Positions 42,157 through 54,901 of a stretch of 64,000 bases of DNA are shown one piece after another (position 1 is the first letter of the stretch; every line of letters starts with the position of its first letter). The DNA is from Octopus bimaculoides (lineage: Eukaryota). The DNA lies in assembly GCF_001194135.2 (NCBI RefSeq), contig NC_068981.1, positions 48,983,531-49,047,530 of the forward strand. The letters are read 5' to 3'. The position numbers were made by a program, and so were the translations under genes. A model generated the notes under the pieces. The model was not told where the DNA came from. It saw only the letters and a program-made list of their open reading frames with translations, and did no database searches.

Positions 42157-42444
42157 AATAGGTCTTACAGCTGTTTCCAGGATATTTATCATATTCCTTC
42201 ATCGGAGACGGTGTGAGAGGATGGTTAAGCAATTGTTAATTTAGATAAGATACGAATTAGAGAATGAAGTGGAGGGATGAAAATAGATGTGAGATATGCA
42301 GGGATATGCATCTATTTTCATACCTCCATTTCACTCTCTATTTGGTAGCTTTTATCTATTAACTATTGCTTAACCATTTTTTCACACCATCTACGATGAA
42401 GAGATATAATAAATATCCTGGAAAAAGGTGTAAGACATTCTATT
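42157..42444. mobile_element. About 290-bp foldback (arms about 130 bp, 19-nt spacer), Penelope-terminal-like, with a hammerhead-like motif in each arm
   Basis: TAGAGAATGAAGTGGAGGGATGAAAATAGATG / CATCTATTTTCATACCTCCATTTCACTCTCTA and GTCTTACAGCTGTTTCCAGGATATTTAT / ATAAATATCCTGGAAAAAGGTGTAAGAC are inverted homologues. Confidence 0.85.
42162..42209 (-). ncRNA. Hammerhead-like motif, type I, non-canonical core (CCGAUGA)
   Basis: Minus strand reads GUCU-CCGAUGA-AGGAAUAUGAUAAAUAUCCUG-GAAA-CAGCUG-UA-AGAC. Palindromic ACAGCUGU stem III and GUA triplet; U4C change and an extra nucleotide at the stem II base. Confidence 0.55.
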
Positions 42445-42696
42445 TATAAATGATGTAAAATCTTCACCGCCTTAGTTTTTTTTTATCTCATTCTGAAAAA
42501 AATATATATATACACATGCTGATATATGACCTACGTTGGACTCCTTATTCGCATAATCACAGAACCTGGAGCTCAACTATGTTCTATCCATCGCACTTAC
42601 TCAGCATTACCTGACACCCTTGGGTCTTATTGACACCATTACCTCTCATAACCTCCATATACATACATACATATATATATATATACCTATATATAC

Positions 42697-42754
<58 letters not shown>

Positions 42755-44072
42755 GTGTTTGTGCATATATATATATTCTTTCGCTTCGCTATAACATCCA
42801 GTGTTGATTCTGCGAGTGTTGGTCAAATTTGCATGATTGTAGTTAAGCTTGTATTTCATGCATTATTTGCAAACATATGGTCTTTTCTACTGAGAACGGA
42901 GACGTGTCTCCTGTTTGTATAAATACTATAGATGCTTCCTAAACAACTGGAATTTAGTTCTTGGCAATTGATAAATCGAATATACAAGAAATGAAGTTCA
43001 AACTGTATTCATTTTTAATTGGATATAGAGTTACAGTCGATATCGAAAAGCAGTAGCCAAGAAATGAAATACATTTTGTGTATCATTCTATAGGAACTGT
43101 GAATATCTTAGGAGTTGATAATGAAATGTTGTATATTTTCCGTATTAAACTTGAATACAATATTAAAATAATTTTAAATAATAAACTAGTCATAGTTAAG
43201 CAAAATGAAATACACAACATCGTATTTATTGATCTATTTTTATTTAGACACTTGAATATATTTGAATGTGCTGTGCATAGGCATGCTTCTGTATGCATAC
43301 ATGAATATTCATTCGTAAATGTGATAGATGTGACGTTCTATCTGAAGTGGTAAACATCATCTAAGGCAAACTGAATGGCCAAAAAATATTACATTTAGTT
43401 TTATACGTACACACACTGTTCAATTATAGCTAAACGAGAGTGTGGGAATATTTCTCCAAATAATACGTTTCGAAATAAAATTATACGAATGGGGGAAAGA
43501 AAGAAACAGAAATACACAATATTAATCATTTGAGCAATTATAGCGAACTAGTGCTTTTTATTTATATTGATTAGCCTTTAGGGTAAATATAACTTATATA
43601 TTTCGTGGCTTTTACGTTTCTTTGATTTTCGCAGTATAGCAGGTTTGGGGCAACATCTATTCTAGAACTGAAAATTAATAACCTTTCGAACATTTCTTGA
43701 AAGATAACTTTTATTTCAAATTGTATATTACAATTAATAAAAAAGAATGAAAAACAAATAGGGAAAAACAGATTAAGATAGGCAAGCTTCCTTATTTTAT
43801 ATTCAATCAAATTTCCCTGTTTCCCTGACGATGCGAAATATTGAATTCCATTTATTAGTATTACTTGATTAATATTGGGCATGATGTTCATGATGATGAT
43901 ATTGTTGTAGGTATTGAAAATATATATTTTTTTTAAATGATGAATGGTTTTTGATTTTCTGATGCTGAAGTTACATTCCCACATACAAAAAAATTATAGA
44001 TGTGTTCAGGAATTTATCATGCCGCCACATATCTATTTCCAGTAAGAGTCACTAATTCAAAAAGCAATTATG

Positions 44073-44103
<31 letters not shown>

Positions 44104-44111
44104 ATTCTTTA

Positions 44112-44341
44112 ATCTTTTACTTACTTCAGTAATTTGAATGTGGCCATGATGGAGCACTGCCTTTAGTCGAGCAAATCGATCCCAGTATTTATTGTTTGTA
44201 AGCCTAGTACTCATTCTATCGTTATCTCTTGCAGAACCGCTACGTTACAGGGACATAAACACACCACCATCGGTTATCAAACGATGTTTAGGGGGGAAAA
44301 CACTGACACACAAAGATACACACTCACACAACCCTCCCCCC

Positions 44342-44372
<31 letters not shown>

Positions 44373-44512
44373 CGACGGGCTCCTTTCAGTTTCCGTCTAC
44401 CAAATCCACTGACGAGATTTGGTCTGCCCGAGGCTATAGTAGAAGACACTTATCTAAGGTGTCTAGCAATGTAGCTCAACTTGGAACGATGTGGTTGGTA
44501 AGGAAGCTGGTA
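44112..44512 (-). mobile_element. SINE family A, full-length, minus strand
   Basis: ACGACGGGCTCCTTTCAGTTTCCGTCTACCAAATCCAC..CCGAGGCTATAGTAGAAGACAC is the reverse complement of the family A core; the 3' part lies at 44112-44300. Confidence 0.88.
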
Positions 44513-44525
44513 TATATATATACAT

Positions 44526-44557
<32 letters not shown>

Positions 44558-45842
44558 TGAGAATAACAAGCTAATCAGTATGTTGCTCTCAATATACTAT
44601 AACTCTAAATCACTTAAAAACCCTCTCTTTCTTTCCCCCTCTCTCTGTATATATATGCACACAAACATACACTTACATAATAAATAGATAGATAGGGATA
44701 GATAGATATATATATATATATAGAGAGATAAATAGACAGAGATAAGTATAAACGTTTGTACTGTTTTCGAGATTTTGAATAGAAATTAATGTCAGGATGT
44801 GAAATGACTATCATCAGCATTTAATGTGGAGAAATGAATTCCAGTGTTGTTTTGTTAGAGGCTTCTAAGAATATCGCTTATAAGACTGTTAAATGGGGAA
44901 AAAATGTGTAATATATAATCAATTTAATCATTATTAAGGGCAAGTGAATTTAATGAATATAGGATGTGATCAGGTACAACCAAACAAAGCTAATTTGTAT
45001 TCTTCGATATGATCATAATTCTGCTTCACTAAATTTACGCGTCACGAATGATTGTATAGAAATGGTATGCGTATCAAATATCAATGAGCCATTTAAAGTG
45101 TCCTGGCAAATATGTATACTTAAATTTCACAGGACAAATCATTGTTGCTATAAACATGTAGCATGGATTATTGCTATGTGAAATGAAATAAGAATGTAAT
45201 TTTGAATTATGAGGGCCTACTGAATAGAGTCTTACAAGAGTACAAAAACATTCAATGAAGATTTTAAGAACGAAAAGATGCAAAGCCGTATCCAGTAAAT
45301 ATGCTACATAAATGAAGAACTAACAGAATATCGGACCAAATGCTTTTCCTTATTTGTATCGTGAATTTACCTTCTGATTTCGAATTACACGGTAATTATA
45401 CTCGATAAGGAAAGTGCTAATCATAAACCGGGTACTATATAGTCGATTATTTTCGCGCCTCCATATTTACCGCTTTGTGCTTATGGAACAGAATTTTATA
45501 GTTTCGACTAAAATGCTGATCTATATAAATGATTGAATTCTGTTCAAGATACAAAGAAAGGTCAATGGCACACAGAGAAATTGAAGTTTTACAGAGATAT
45601 CAAGAATCCTAGAAAAGTCGGTGATAAGCAGAAAACTGAATGTTAGTTAAATTTCAGCCGATGCATGTTGTCTGGGAAATTTAGCTGTGAGAAGGCATTT
45701 GCTTTAGATAATAAACTTAATCACGGCTCTGCAGTGGCTTGTGTTTAAACTTAAGGACATGTTATTTTCATACAACTTTAGTACCTGCTCATTTATAGAA
45801 ATGGGAGTTGTCGTCACGTTTTGGTCATCGTCATCATCATCA

Positions 45843-46090
45843 TTCCCAGACCGGGCGTTGTGTATGTTTATTGAGCGAAAACACCTAAAGCTCCACGAGG
45901 CTCTGGCTCGGGGTGGTGGAGACCCGTGTTGTACTCTTTCACCCCAACTTTCTCTCACTCTTTCTTCCTGTTTCCTGAGTAACGCTGCGATGGACTGGCG
46001 TCCTGTCCAGCTGGCGGGGTGGGGGGACATATGCCATAGAAACCGGGAAACCGGCCCCATGAGCCTCACTAGGCTTTAATAGGGCACATA
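45843..46090 (+). mobile_element. SINE family C, 5'-truncated
   Basis: GTTTATTGAGCGAAAACACCTAAAGCTCCACGAGGCTCTG is shared with 59369-59410. Confidence 0.75.
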
Positions 46091-46092
46091 AG

Positions 46093-46170
46093 ATAAGACT
46101 GAGGTCGATCTAGTCGTCTGACCCCCTCCCCAAAAATGTCGGGCCTTGTGCCTAGAGTAGAAAAGAATAT
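46093..46170 (+). mobile_element. SINE family B, 3' fragment
   Basis: GGTCGATCTAGTCG..GGGCCTTGTGCCTAGAGTAGAAAAGAATAT matches 25720-25785. Confidence 0.75.
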
Positions 46171-46944
46171 ACTTTACAAAATACATAAAAGCTTGCAGCC
46201 CTGAGTGTTGGATATTTGAGTTGTAGTTAGTTATTATACGTTACGTATTTTCGTACTTTGCTCATTAACTATCATACTCCGCATAAGTATCTTTATATTC
46301 ACAACTTCTCATTTATTTTACTGATATCTTATTGTTGTAAGACGACTTCAACTTTCCTGCTGTCGTTGACAATAGCATCAAATCGATTACATCTAATCTC
46401 GTTCTTCGTGAGAATTGATATATTCTAGTACATATTCGCATGAGCAGTTATTGACAAATTTGTTCGCTTATATTTATTTCTTTATTTATTTGTGCGGAAT
46501 AATGAATTATATGGGATTGAATACATTTAGATAATATTTATCATTTTAGTAACAATTCTGTATTCAGCCTTCAAATAAATGCCTATAAATTATGCTAAAT
46601 TTTGAAACATTTCAAATTGCAGCAACATTATTTTAATTCATTTCTTTCTTAGCGTTACTGGATACTGGCAAATGATGGAACTGAAAACTATTACTGATAG
46701 CGTAAGATATCACGATATTTTAATACATTTGATGACAGTTCCGTAAATTAACACACTATATTCCATATTTTATCTAGATATTGTCATTAAGGACATAAAA
46801 ACTTAATAGATATCCTAATTACGATTACTTGAGACCGAGGTGTATAAGTTTAGATGATTTGTCTTTTGTTCTCATTAATTTGTATATTAGACTATAATGT
46901 ATGTTATAATTAACTTGTGAATTACTAACAAGTTTAGTTGACGA

Positions 46945-47130
46945 ATATTACTAGCAAAATCGTCAGCATGCCGGGCAAAATGTTTTGCATCATAATGACC
47001 ATCTTTATGTTCTAGGTTGAAAATTCGCCGAGGTCAAGTTTTCATATCGTCGATAAAAAAAATTCCAGTTGAGCTTTATGGTTGAAGAAAGTGGATAACC
47101 CCACCCACGAAATTACTTGCCTTGTGCTAA
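46945..47130 (+). mobile_element. SINE family B, degraded copy
   Basis: AAAATCGTCAGCATGCCGGGCAAAATG...AAATTCGCCGAGGTCAAG...GCCTTGTGCTAAATT. Confidence 0.7.
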
Positions 47131-48869
47131 ATTTTTAACCGATATTAAAATCTGTTTTGATATACACCTGCTGGATAACAGTTCAAAATATACCTATATT
47201 ACTATATTTGCTATTGGTTTTAACAACTTCATTACACAGAGAAGGGTCAGTATAAAATATAGTGAAGCTCTTTGAAAAAATAATCTTCTAATCGTTGATT
47301 CCAAAGACTAGAGAGGATACACTTTAAACATGGAGGAATATTACTTTTTGTTTTTGTAGAAAGTTGGTATTCCTTTAGTTTCTAAAGATCGACTAATCAA
47401 ATTTACCTGTGCTTACTATATTAATTTGCTATGGGTGATTTGTAAATAATTGGCCATTGGAATAAAGTTTAAAGCGAAAAAAAAATTCAACATTGTTAGT
47501 TATTTGATAAAGCAATCTATGGTATGGGAATAAAGAGATTTTATAACTACGATATCTGACGGGTACACATTCGTTCTCTTGGTTTGACTCTTTGTCTCTC
47601 TCTCCCTATATATATATATATATATATACATATATATATACATACAATTTAAAAGTTACGTATGCATTAATACAGTTATGGAAATATTAAAATATTAACC
47701 GGGGTCTAATATTATTTTCAGTTTTCCGTTTGAATAATTAAATGAATAACGTATATCTCAATATCTTTATATCCACTTCTCAGAAAGTCTGTAGGCTACT
47801 TACACCACATTATTCGCATTGATAAGCATCCATCACATATGCCTATTTTCTATTATCAGACTTCAATATCAGTTTAGAATAGCAAGATCATATCACTTTA
47901 CCACTCAAGCAAAATTCGATTTCATATCATATCACCAATACCACATCCGTAGAATACTAAGGAATATAAATATATTTATGTGAAGTGATGTCACATAATT
48001 TGAATATTAACTACTGACCTTGTTTTACATAACGTATGCATATGCTATTAAACAAATTATAAAGTGATTGATGTCTAGTAAAGTCAAATGTTTAAGACAG
48101 TAAGCAACATTGCATGACATAGTCAGCATTATATTCCATCATTTTATTTGGAGGTTTATATTATATAATATGCTCGATTCGAAGATCAAAATCAATAAAT
48201 CTCATTTAATTTTCTGTTAGGTCTTCCTTTTATATTCTCTCAAGACGACATATTTCACACACACTCAATTTATGATAACTGCAATTTCAAGGAAAGATTC
48301 CCGCTTGCTACTACGCCAGAAATATCAAGCTGTCGTCCCAGGATATGGACTATAATGATATATGTAAATCAGCAAATATGCAAACAATGAATTAATTTAA
48401 GCTTTTGCGACAATTTATATCATGTATGAAACCATATTTAATATCATTTGATCGTTAAGACTGAATAACATTTAGAGAATATTACATGTCTGTTCTTAAT
48501 AATATCATATTTGCATAAATCAAAGTGGTAGTAGCAAGCTACGTTATTATTCAGATACATATTTCTCACGTTGCTTCTATTCCTATTAAAGTAATGCACT
48601 CTCATAACTACACAACCTTGTGAGCATGTCCAGCATCATGTTTACAGTGCACGAAGCACGAATTATCATGTTAGAGATTCATTGTCTCCTTGTCTCTAAA
48701 TACTGAAATAAATATTGAACTTTTGCAGAAGTGGTATTGAGAAATACTTGCAATTTAGTTGAGTAAAGTAAGAAAATTATTTTCAAAGGTTTTAGCTTCC
48801 TGCACACATAATTCAAAGCAAGCATATGCAATTAATGCTTACACACTTATATACAAGCACACATATACC

Positions 48870-48882
48870 TACACACACACAC

Positions 48883-48928
<46 letters not shown>

Positions 48929-48950
48929 ACACACACACATACATATATAA

Positions 48951-49037
<87 letters not shown>

Positions 49038-49040
49038 AAT
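48870..49040. repeat. (CA)n(AT)n(AAT)n microsatellite
   Basis: Directly visible. Confidence 0.95.
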
Positions 49041-49064
49041 GGAATAATTACTATGAAACATTGT

Positions 49065-50177
49065 GTAGAATATATTGTATAAAGATTCGTGGGTAAGGCT
49101 ACAACAGTGCGAAGCAAATGCAAGGCAAATCACAAGAAAACAGATATATTAATTTATGTAGACTTACCTTGCATTCAATATTTCAGGATTATGACCCCAT
49201 TTTCAAGAAACTGACGAATGTTGCCGATGTGCGTGTGTGAGCGTGTGTGAACTGGACATGTGCGGAAAGGTGTTGCTATAGCAGCCAGGTAGCTTCCAGT
49301 AACTCTCTTCTTTTTTTGATATTTGGTTTTCTTCGGTTTATTGTTTTCTGTGTTGATCACTTCGCTGCAATTGTTGACAAAGCCGTCAAAAGCAAACAGT
49401 TCTTCAGAGAGCTAACCGTGAATGGCTACCCACCATGTTTATCCAAATAACGGTGCCGAAAAAGCGCCGGAAGAACCAGCATGTTTCCAAGTCCGGCACG
49501 TGCTTCCTAAATCTACCCAGTTTGACGACAGAGCTACTGCAGGGATACAGCACGCAACCTGCAGGGAAGGACTCAACATACAGAGAGTGCATACCGGCCC
49601 TTCCCTGAGAAAAGCTCTGTCCAAGAACGACAACTCTCACTACTCCGTGGAGTGTACGTTATGGAACTGCCCCATCAATGACTCTGAATTGTGCCAGGGG
49701 ACCTGTTTTATACGAGATCATCTGTTGGAAATATGACGCATTCTATATAGGAGGCACAACAAGAAAACTGCATATACGTATAAAGGAACACATGCAGGCA
49801 GACACTTCCGAGAAGAAACATCTACGGAAATGCCAGACGCGGGAATTCACAGTGCACATCAGGACAACACCGTTGAAAAGCGGCAACCGTAGAATGCCTG
49901 AGGCCATCGTCATACACCAAAGAAAACCAAATATCAACAACAGAAGAGAGGTACAGGAAGCTTGCTGTTTGCTATAGCAACATCTTACTGCCCATGTCCA
50001 CTCCATATATGTTCGCGCACAAGCACATCGGGAACATTCGTTAGTTTTTTTTGGAAATGGGGTCATATCCTCGAAATATTGAATGCAAAGTCTACTTGAA
50101 TTCATGTATTTCTTTTCTTGCGATTTTTGCCTTATATTTTATTCGCATTGTTCTGGACTCACATACGATCGTTTATG

Positions 50178-50185
<8 letters not shown>
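49065..50185 (+). mobile_element. 5'-truncated Penelope-like retroelement: inverted terminal copy (49065-49336), NGYP linker, GIY-YIG endonuclease, terminal repeat (49914-50185)
   Basis: ELTVNGYPP at 49409-49435, then frameshifted ...ECTLWNCPINDSELC and GPVLYEIICWKYDAFYIGGTTRKLHIRIKEH...EAIVIHQRKPNINNRRE (GIY-YIG pattern with R..EH and E...P..N). 49065-49336 is a reverse-complement homologue of 49914-50185. Confidence 0.88.
49345..49977 (+). pseudogene. Frameshifted Penelope polyprotein C-terminus (linker plus GIY-YIG endonuclease)
   Basis: Three overlapping ORFs (49247-49450, 49422-49736, 49678-49977) join into one PLE-like C-terminus with two frameshifts. Confidence 0.85.
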
Positions 50186-50208
<23 letters not shown>

Positions 50209-50574
50209 NNNNNNNNNNNNNNNNNNNNNNNNNNNNNNNNNNNNNNNNNNNNNNNNNNNNNNNNNNNNNNNNNNNNNNNNNNNNNNNNNNNNNNNNNNNN
50301 NNNNNNNNNNNNNNNNNNNNNNNNNNNNNNNNNNNNNNNNNNNNNNNNNNNNNNNNNNNNNNNNNNNNNNNNNNNNNNNNNNNNNNNNNNNNNNNNNNNN
50401 NNNNNNNNNNNNNNNNNNNNNNNNNNNNNNNNNNNNNNNNNNNNNNNNNNNNNNNNNNNNNNNNNNNNNNNNNNNNNNNNNNNNNNNNNNNNNNNNNNNN
50501 NNNNNNNNNNNNNNNNNNNNNNNNNNNNNNNNNNNNNNNNNNNNNNNNNNNNNNNNNNNNNNNNNTATATATAT

Positions 50575-50672
50575 ATTACATAAACGATCGTATGTGAGTC
50601 CAGAACAATGCGAATAAAATATAAGGCAAAAATCGCAAAAGAAATACATGAATTCAAGTAGACTTTGCATTC
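50575..50672 (-). repeat. Near-identical inverted duplicate of 50081-50180 across an (AT)n/gap
   Basis: Only 3 differences (a 3-bp indel, a 1-bp indel, one substitution) in about 100 bp. Confidence 0.9.
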
Positions 50673-51844
50673 ACAGCTAGTCACCTACACTTTTCTCTGC
50701 AAAAGAGGGATAGTTTATCCTGTTCAGGCTATATATATATATATATATATATATATAAGAGGTGGAGTCCTTATGATAATATTCACATTCCGCTCAAGAG
50801 GCATTGTAGTAAATCACGTTCCTTATGGTATGAAAATTACAATATATCACATATGCCGGTTTCAATGATGATTTTAAATTAATTTATTCTTACCCAGTTC
50901 AACATGAGTATCCGATTGACAATGACTATAAGCTTGTTACTATGCAACTTTCAAAATGCTCATTTAAACATGTTTATTTTTAAGACATATATTTAATGAT
51001 AGCTTAGCGAAGTCGAAGTATGGAAATATTTCCTGCTTCAACTGTATTCATATTTGGTTCTGTTGTATGAATAGCATTTCTACTATAATCACAAAGCTGA
51101 AATTTGTGTTTGTGTGTCTGTGTGTGCGGGGTAGAAATTCGATTTTCTTGATCCTTGTACTCAAGTGCTATTTTCTTTGTCGAATCCAGTAGATAAAATG
51201 CAAAGTCGGCTGCGACGGAATGTGAACTGAGATCGGAAAACAGACAGAATACCAGCATGTTAACAATTCTTCCAGTTCACCGCTTTATACTGATGCATAA
51301 TATCATCTATAATTAAGCACTAAACATTCTATATTAATCTTATAGTGAAAGTTCACGAAATTATTCATCTAAAATCCACTTATTTTCGTGTAGTACTTTT
51401 GTAACACAAACAAGAATGGCGTCCTTTTAAGAACGTATATATTCCGAACAACAATACATGTGTAGTATTGAATTGCTTCAGGTAGATATATTGAAGTTTT
51501 TATTGTTTTTCCTAACTCAATGTTATTACAATACATATCAGAAACGAATTATAAATTAACGCATATAACCCTATATGTGTTAATAATTAAATACTGTTTA
51601 CTCCAAAATAAAGTGTTCTCCAGTCTAAAGCTCCTCTTCGGCATTTTACATCTTTTAAGATTCCACTATACTCATAAACAACCAAATATTTCTGATTGTT
51701 AAATAAAAAAAATATGACTAAGGAAAATTGTGCACGCTCACACATAGGAGTTCACCTTCTCCTGCTGTTATTAATAGATAAGATGTACTTCATATACAAT
51801 GATTAGACTTGGTATGATTATTGGAGTGGGTTTCCGTTGCTTTG

Positions 51845-51945
51845 TTCAGGCATGTGGAATTTGAACTCAGAATGTAGAGAACCGGAAGAAATACCGTACA
51901 GCATTTCAGCCGAAGCTTCAACAATTCTGTTACTGTCTCACCAGC
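51845..51945 (-). mobile_element. SINE family B, 5' fragment
   Basis: GAATTTGAACTCAGAATGTAGAGAACCGGAAGAAATACCGTACAGCATTTCAGCCG is the reverse complement of the family B head. Confidence 0.78.
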
Positions 51946-54043
51946 AGAGCAAACGTGTTTTTCTCAAGAATAATCTATATAACACATGCGTATATTCACA
52001 CAGATAGATTATATTATTTCTGATAGAATTTGTGTTACATCGAACGAAATAAGTGAAAGACGGTTGCGTCTCCTTTAAGTTTAAGTTTACTTGCATCCCT
52101 AGCAGCATTTGGATTTGATAACAGAAGAAACAAGCAAAACACATTTATTGTAGTCAATCTCTGCAATACCATTGTAGCTAGTTTTCAATGTTATGCCAAT
52201 AAAACATTAACTGTTACGGCTACTTTATCTTTTATACATATTTATATTGATCTTTATCATAGAAATATGACCACAAATCTGGAGTAGTTCACATTCCATT
52301 TAGTCGATGCGAAGATTTCATTGGTACATTCACAGAACAAACGAAGAAACGTGCAATAACAGACAGATAAATGAACTATAATTGTTAGGTTTCCTCCCAA
52401 AGTCGCTGTAGGTGACCATTTATGGTGTTTTGTTGAAGTATACAACCGCATAGAACATTAAAAGTGTGGCACAATGAGTAATGTATACATCATTGCAACA
52501 AGCATTGGTTATATAAAACGTATGTGCTTTGTTACATTTCAGAAGAGTTTCATAAAATTATTCTTAGAGTAATTTGATTAGAAATTAAAATCTTCCAACT
52601 TGACATATTGTTAAAAATATTCACCTGTATTGTATATATATTAAGAGGATACGGAATACAATTGTTTCCTTGGATATACCACAAAAACGGTGGATACGAA
52701 GATGTGTACATATGAAATTTAACACATATTTAAAGTTGCTGTTTTATATAATATAACATAATATAATATAATATAATATTATGTTGTATAATTTAATATC
52801 GGGAAATATATATTAAAGCAGGTTGGTCTGACTATTAAAGCACGACGAAATTGGGCTGACCATCTGGGAAAATTAATAGTAGTTATATTATCACTAACTA
52901 AATAATATTGCTTTTGCCCTGTAGAAATGAAATGCTTCTAAACTAACCTTCTATTAGATATAAATGTATATATTACAAAATTAGAATAAAAGAGACTGTT
53001 AAATGATTTATAGACAGTCAGAAAGGTTTTGCCCCTGAGGATAACTTAAATCAATACAACAAACGCTGGTATCAATTAGAGGGTAAGTTTGCTACAGGCA
53101 CTATACTACCCTATATGTTACTGTAATTAGAGCCCAGCATTGAGTTTCAATGCTCTTACTGTTGAAAGTAGAATACGCAAATACAAAATGTAACAGCGCA
53201 ATGACTGATTTTTTTTTTTTAAGAAACACAGCTGCTATTCTCAGATTAAGATATTTCATATATTTTTCACATATACAAATGTTAAGGAACTCACAATTTA
53301 TTTTTATGAGTAATATGAAATGGCATACTAAAATATGATGATAGAAATATTTCTTAAACTGAGACACGTATGCTTATATATGTATATATAAATATATGTG
53401 CGTGTATGCAAAGAAGGAGAGGTATGAAAGAGAGGAGATGGAGGAGAGAGAGGAGATGGAGGAGAGAGAAGAGAAGTGAAATAGAGAGTGAGAGAGTGAA
53501 AGAGAGATTAAATCAATGAAAAGGGAATAGAAAATTATATCAAGAACTTCAGTAAGTTAAAGCGGTTTCTGACATAGGAAGCAAAGTACTAATATTAGGG
53601 TTTGTGTATCACACTATATTGTCATAGGATCTACAAAAGTGAAGTGCAATTTTATTACGAAAAGAATCCACGGAAATCATTACCATTCCAAAAAGCATTA
53701 ACTTATGTAGGAAATGAAATACATAGGCTTAAAAACACATACATACTTACATGCATACATAGGGAGAGAATTCATAAAAAACAAAAGATGAAGACAGATA
53801 ACAAAAGATAACAAACAGATGTATTAGTCTAACGCTCGGGAAGTGAAAAATTCTTTAATGTTTCAAACCTACGCTCTTCCAAAGAAAGTAACAAAGAAAG
53901 TAAGAGGAAGAGAAAGAAAGAATGTGTAGTTGCTAGCGATCTATCATGACGAATGCTGGACAGGGGGGGGGGGTCACACAGGAAAGCTAGGAAGAGGGGG
54001 AGATAATAAAGTAGTAGTGATCCTAAAATGAAGGTGTGCGTTC

Positions 54044-54521
54044 GATTCTAGTCCCTGCTTCCACACCTCAAACTTCTCCTCTAGTTCTGACAGTGACTCA
54101 GCAAATAGTGCAAGGTCTTCAGCATAGAGGAACTCCCAGGGGCATCCTGTCTTGAATTCCTCTGTTATCGCCTGGAGGACTATGATAAATAGGAGAGGGC
54201 TGAGGACAGCACCTTCGTGGACCCTTACCTCCACTCAGAATTCTTCACTTTACTCATTGCCAACCCTCACCTTACTGACAGCGTCTCTGTACATGGCTCA
54301 TACAGCTCTCACTAACCATTATTCTATCACTAGTTTCCTCATTGACCCCCAGATAAGGGATCGGGGGAGCCTATCAAAGGCTTTCTCCATGTCAATGAAA
54401 GCCAGGTACAGAAGTTTATCTTTAGCTAGGTATTTTTCTTGCAACTGTCTTACCAGAAACATAGCATCAGTGGTGTTTTTCCCCGGCACGAACCCAACCT
54501 GCATCTCATCTAATCTGTGCC
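54044..54521 (-). pseudogene. RTE-clade LINE reverse transcriptase fragment
   Basis: One frame with 4 stops: DEMQVGFVPGKNTTDAMFLVRQLQEKY...LAFIDMEKAFDR...VHEGAVLSPLLFIIVL...CPWEFLYAEDLAL (YADD decayed to YAED; cf. GVxQGxxLSP). Confidence 0.92.
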
Positions 54522-54901
54522 NNNNNNNNNNNNNNNNNNNNNNNNNNNNNNNNNNNNNNNNNNNNNNNNNNNNNNNNNNNNNNNNNNNNNNNNNNNNNNN
54601 NNNNNNNNNNNNNNNNNNNNNNNNNNNNNNNNNNNNNNNNNNNNNNNNNNNNNNNNNNNNNNNNNNNNNNNNNNNNNNNNNNNNNNNNNNNNNNNNNNNN
54701 NNNNNNNNNNNNNNNNNNNNNNNNNNNNNNNNNNNNNNNNNNNNNNNNNNNNNNNNNNNNNNNNNNNNNNNNNNNNNNNNNNNNNNNNNNNNNNNNNNNN
54801 NNNNNNNNNNNNNNNNNNNNNNNNNNNNNNTATATATATATATATATGAGTGTGTGTATTTATGTATGTATTCATATATATGCACATACATCTATGGGTA
54901 T

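Noticed and set aside
43571-43984. 137-aa minus-strand ORF
   Set aside because: AT-rich I/N/F/K composition with no motif; expected by chance.
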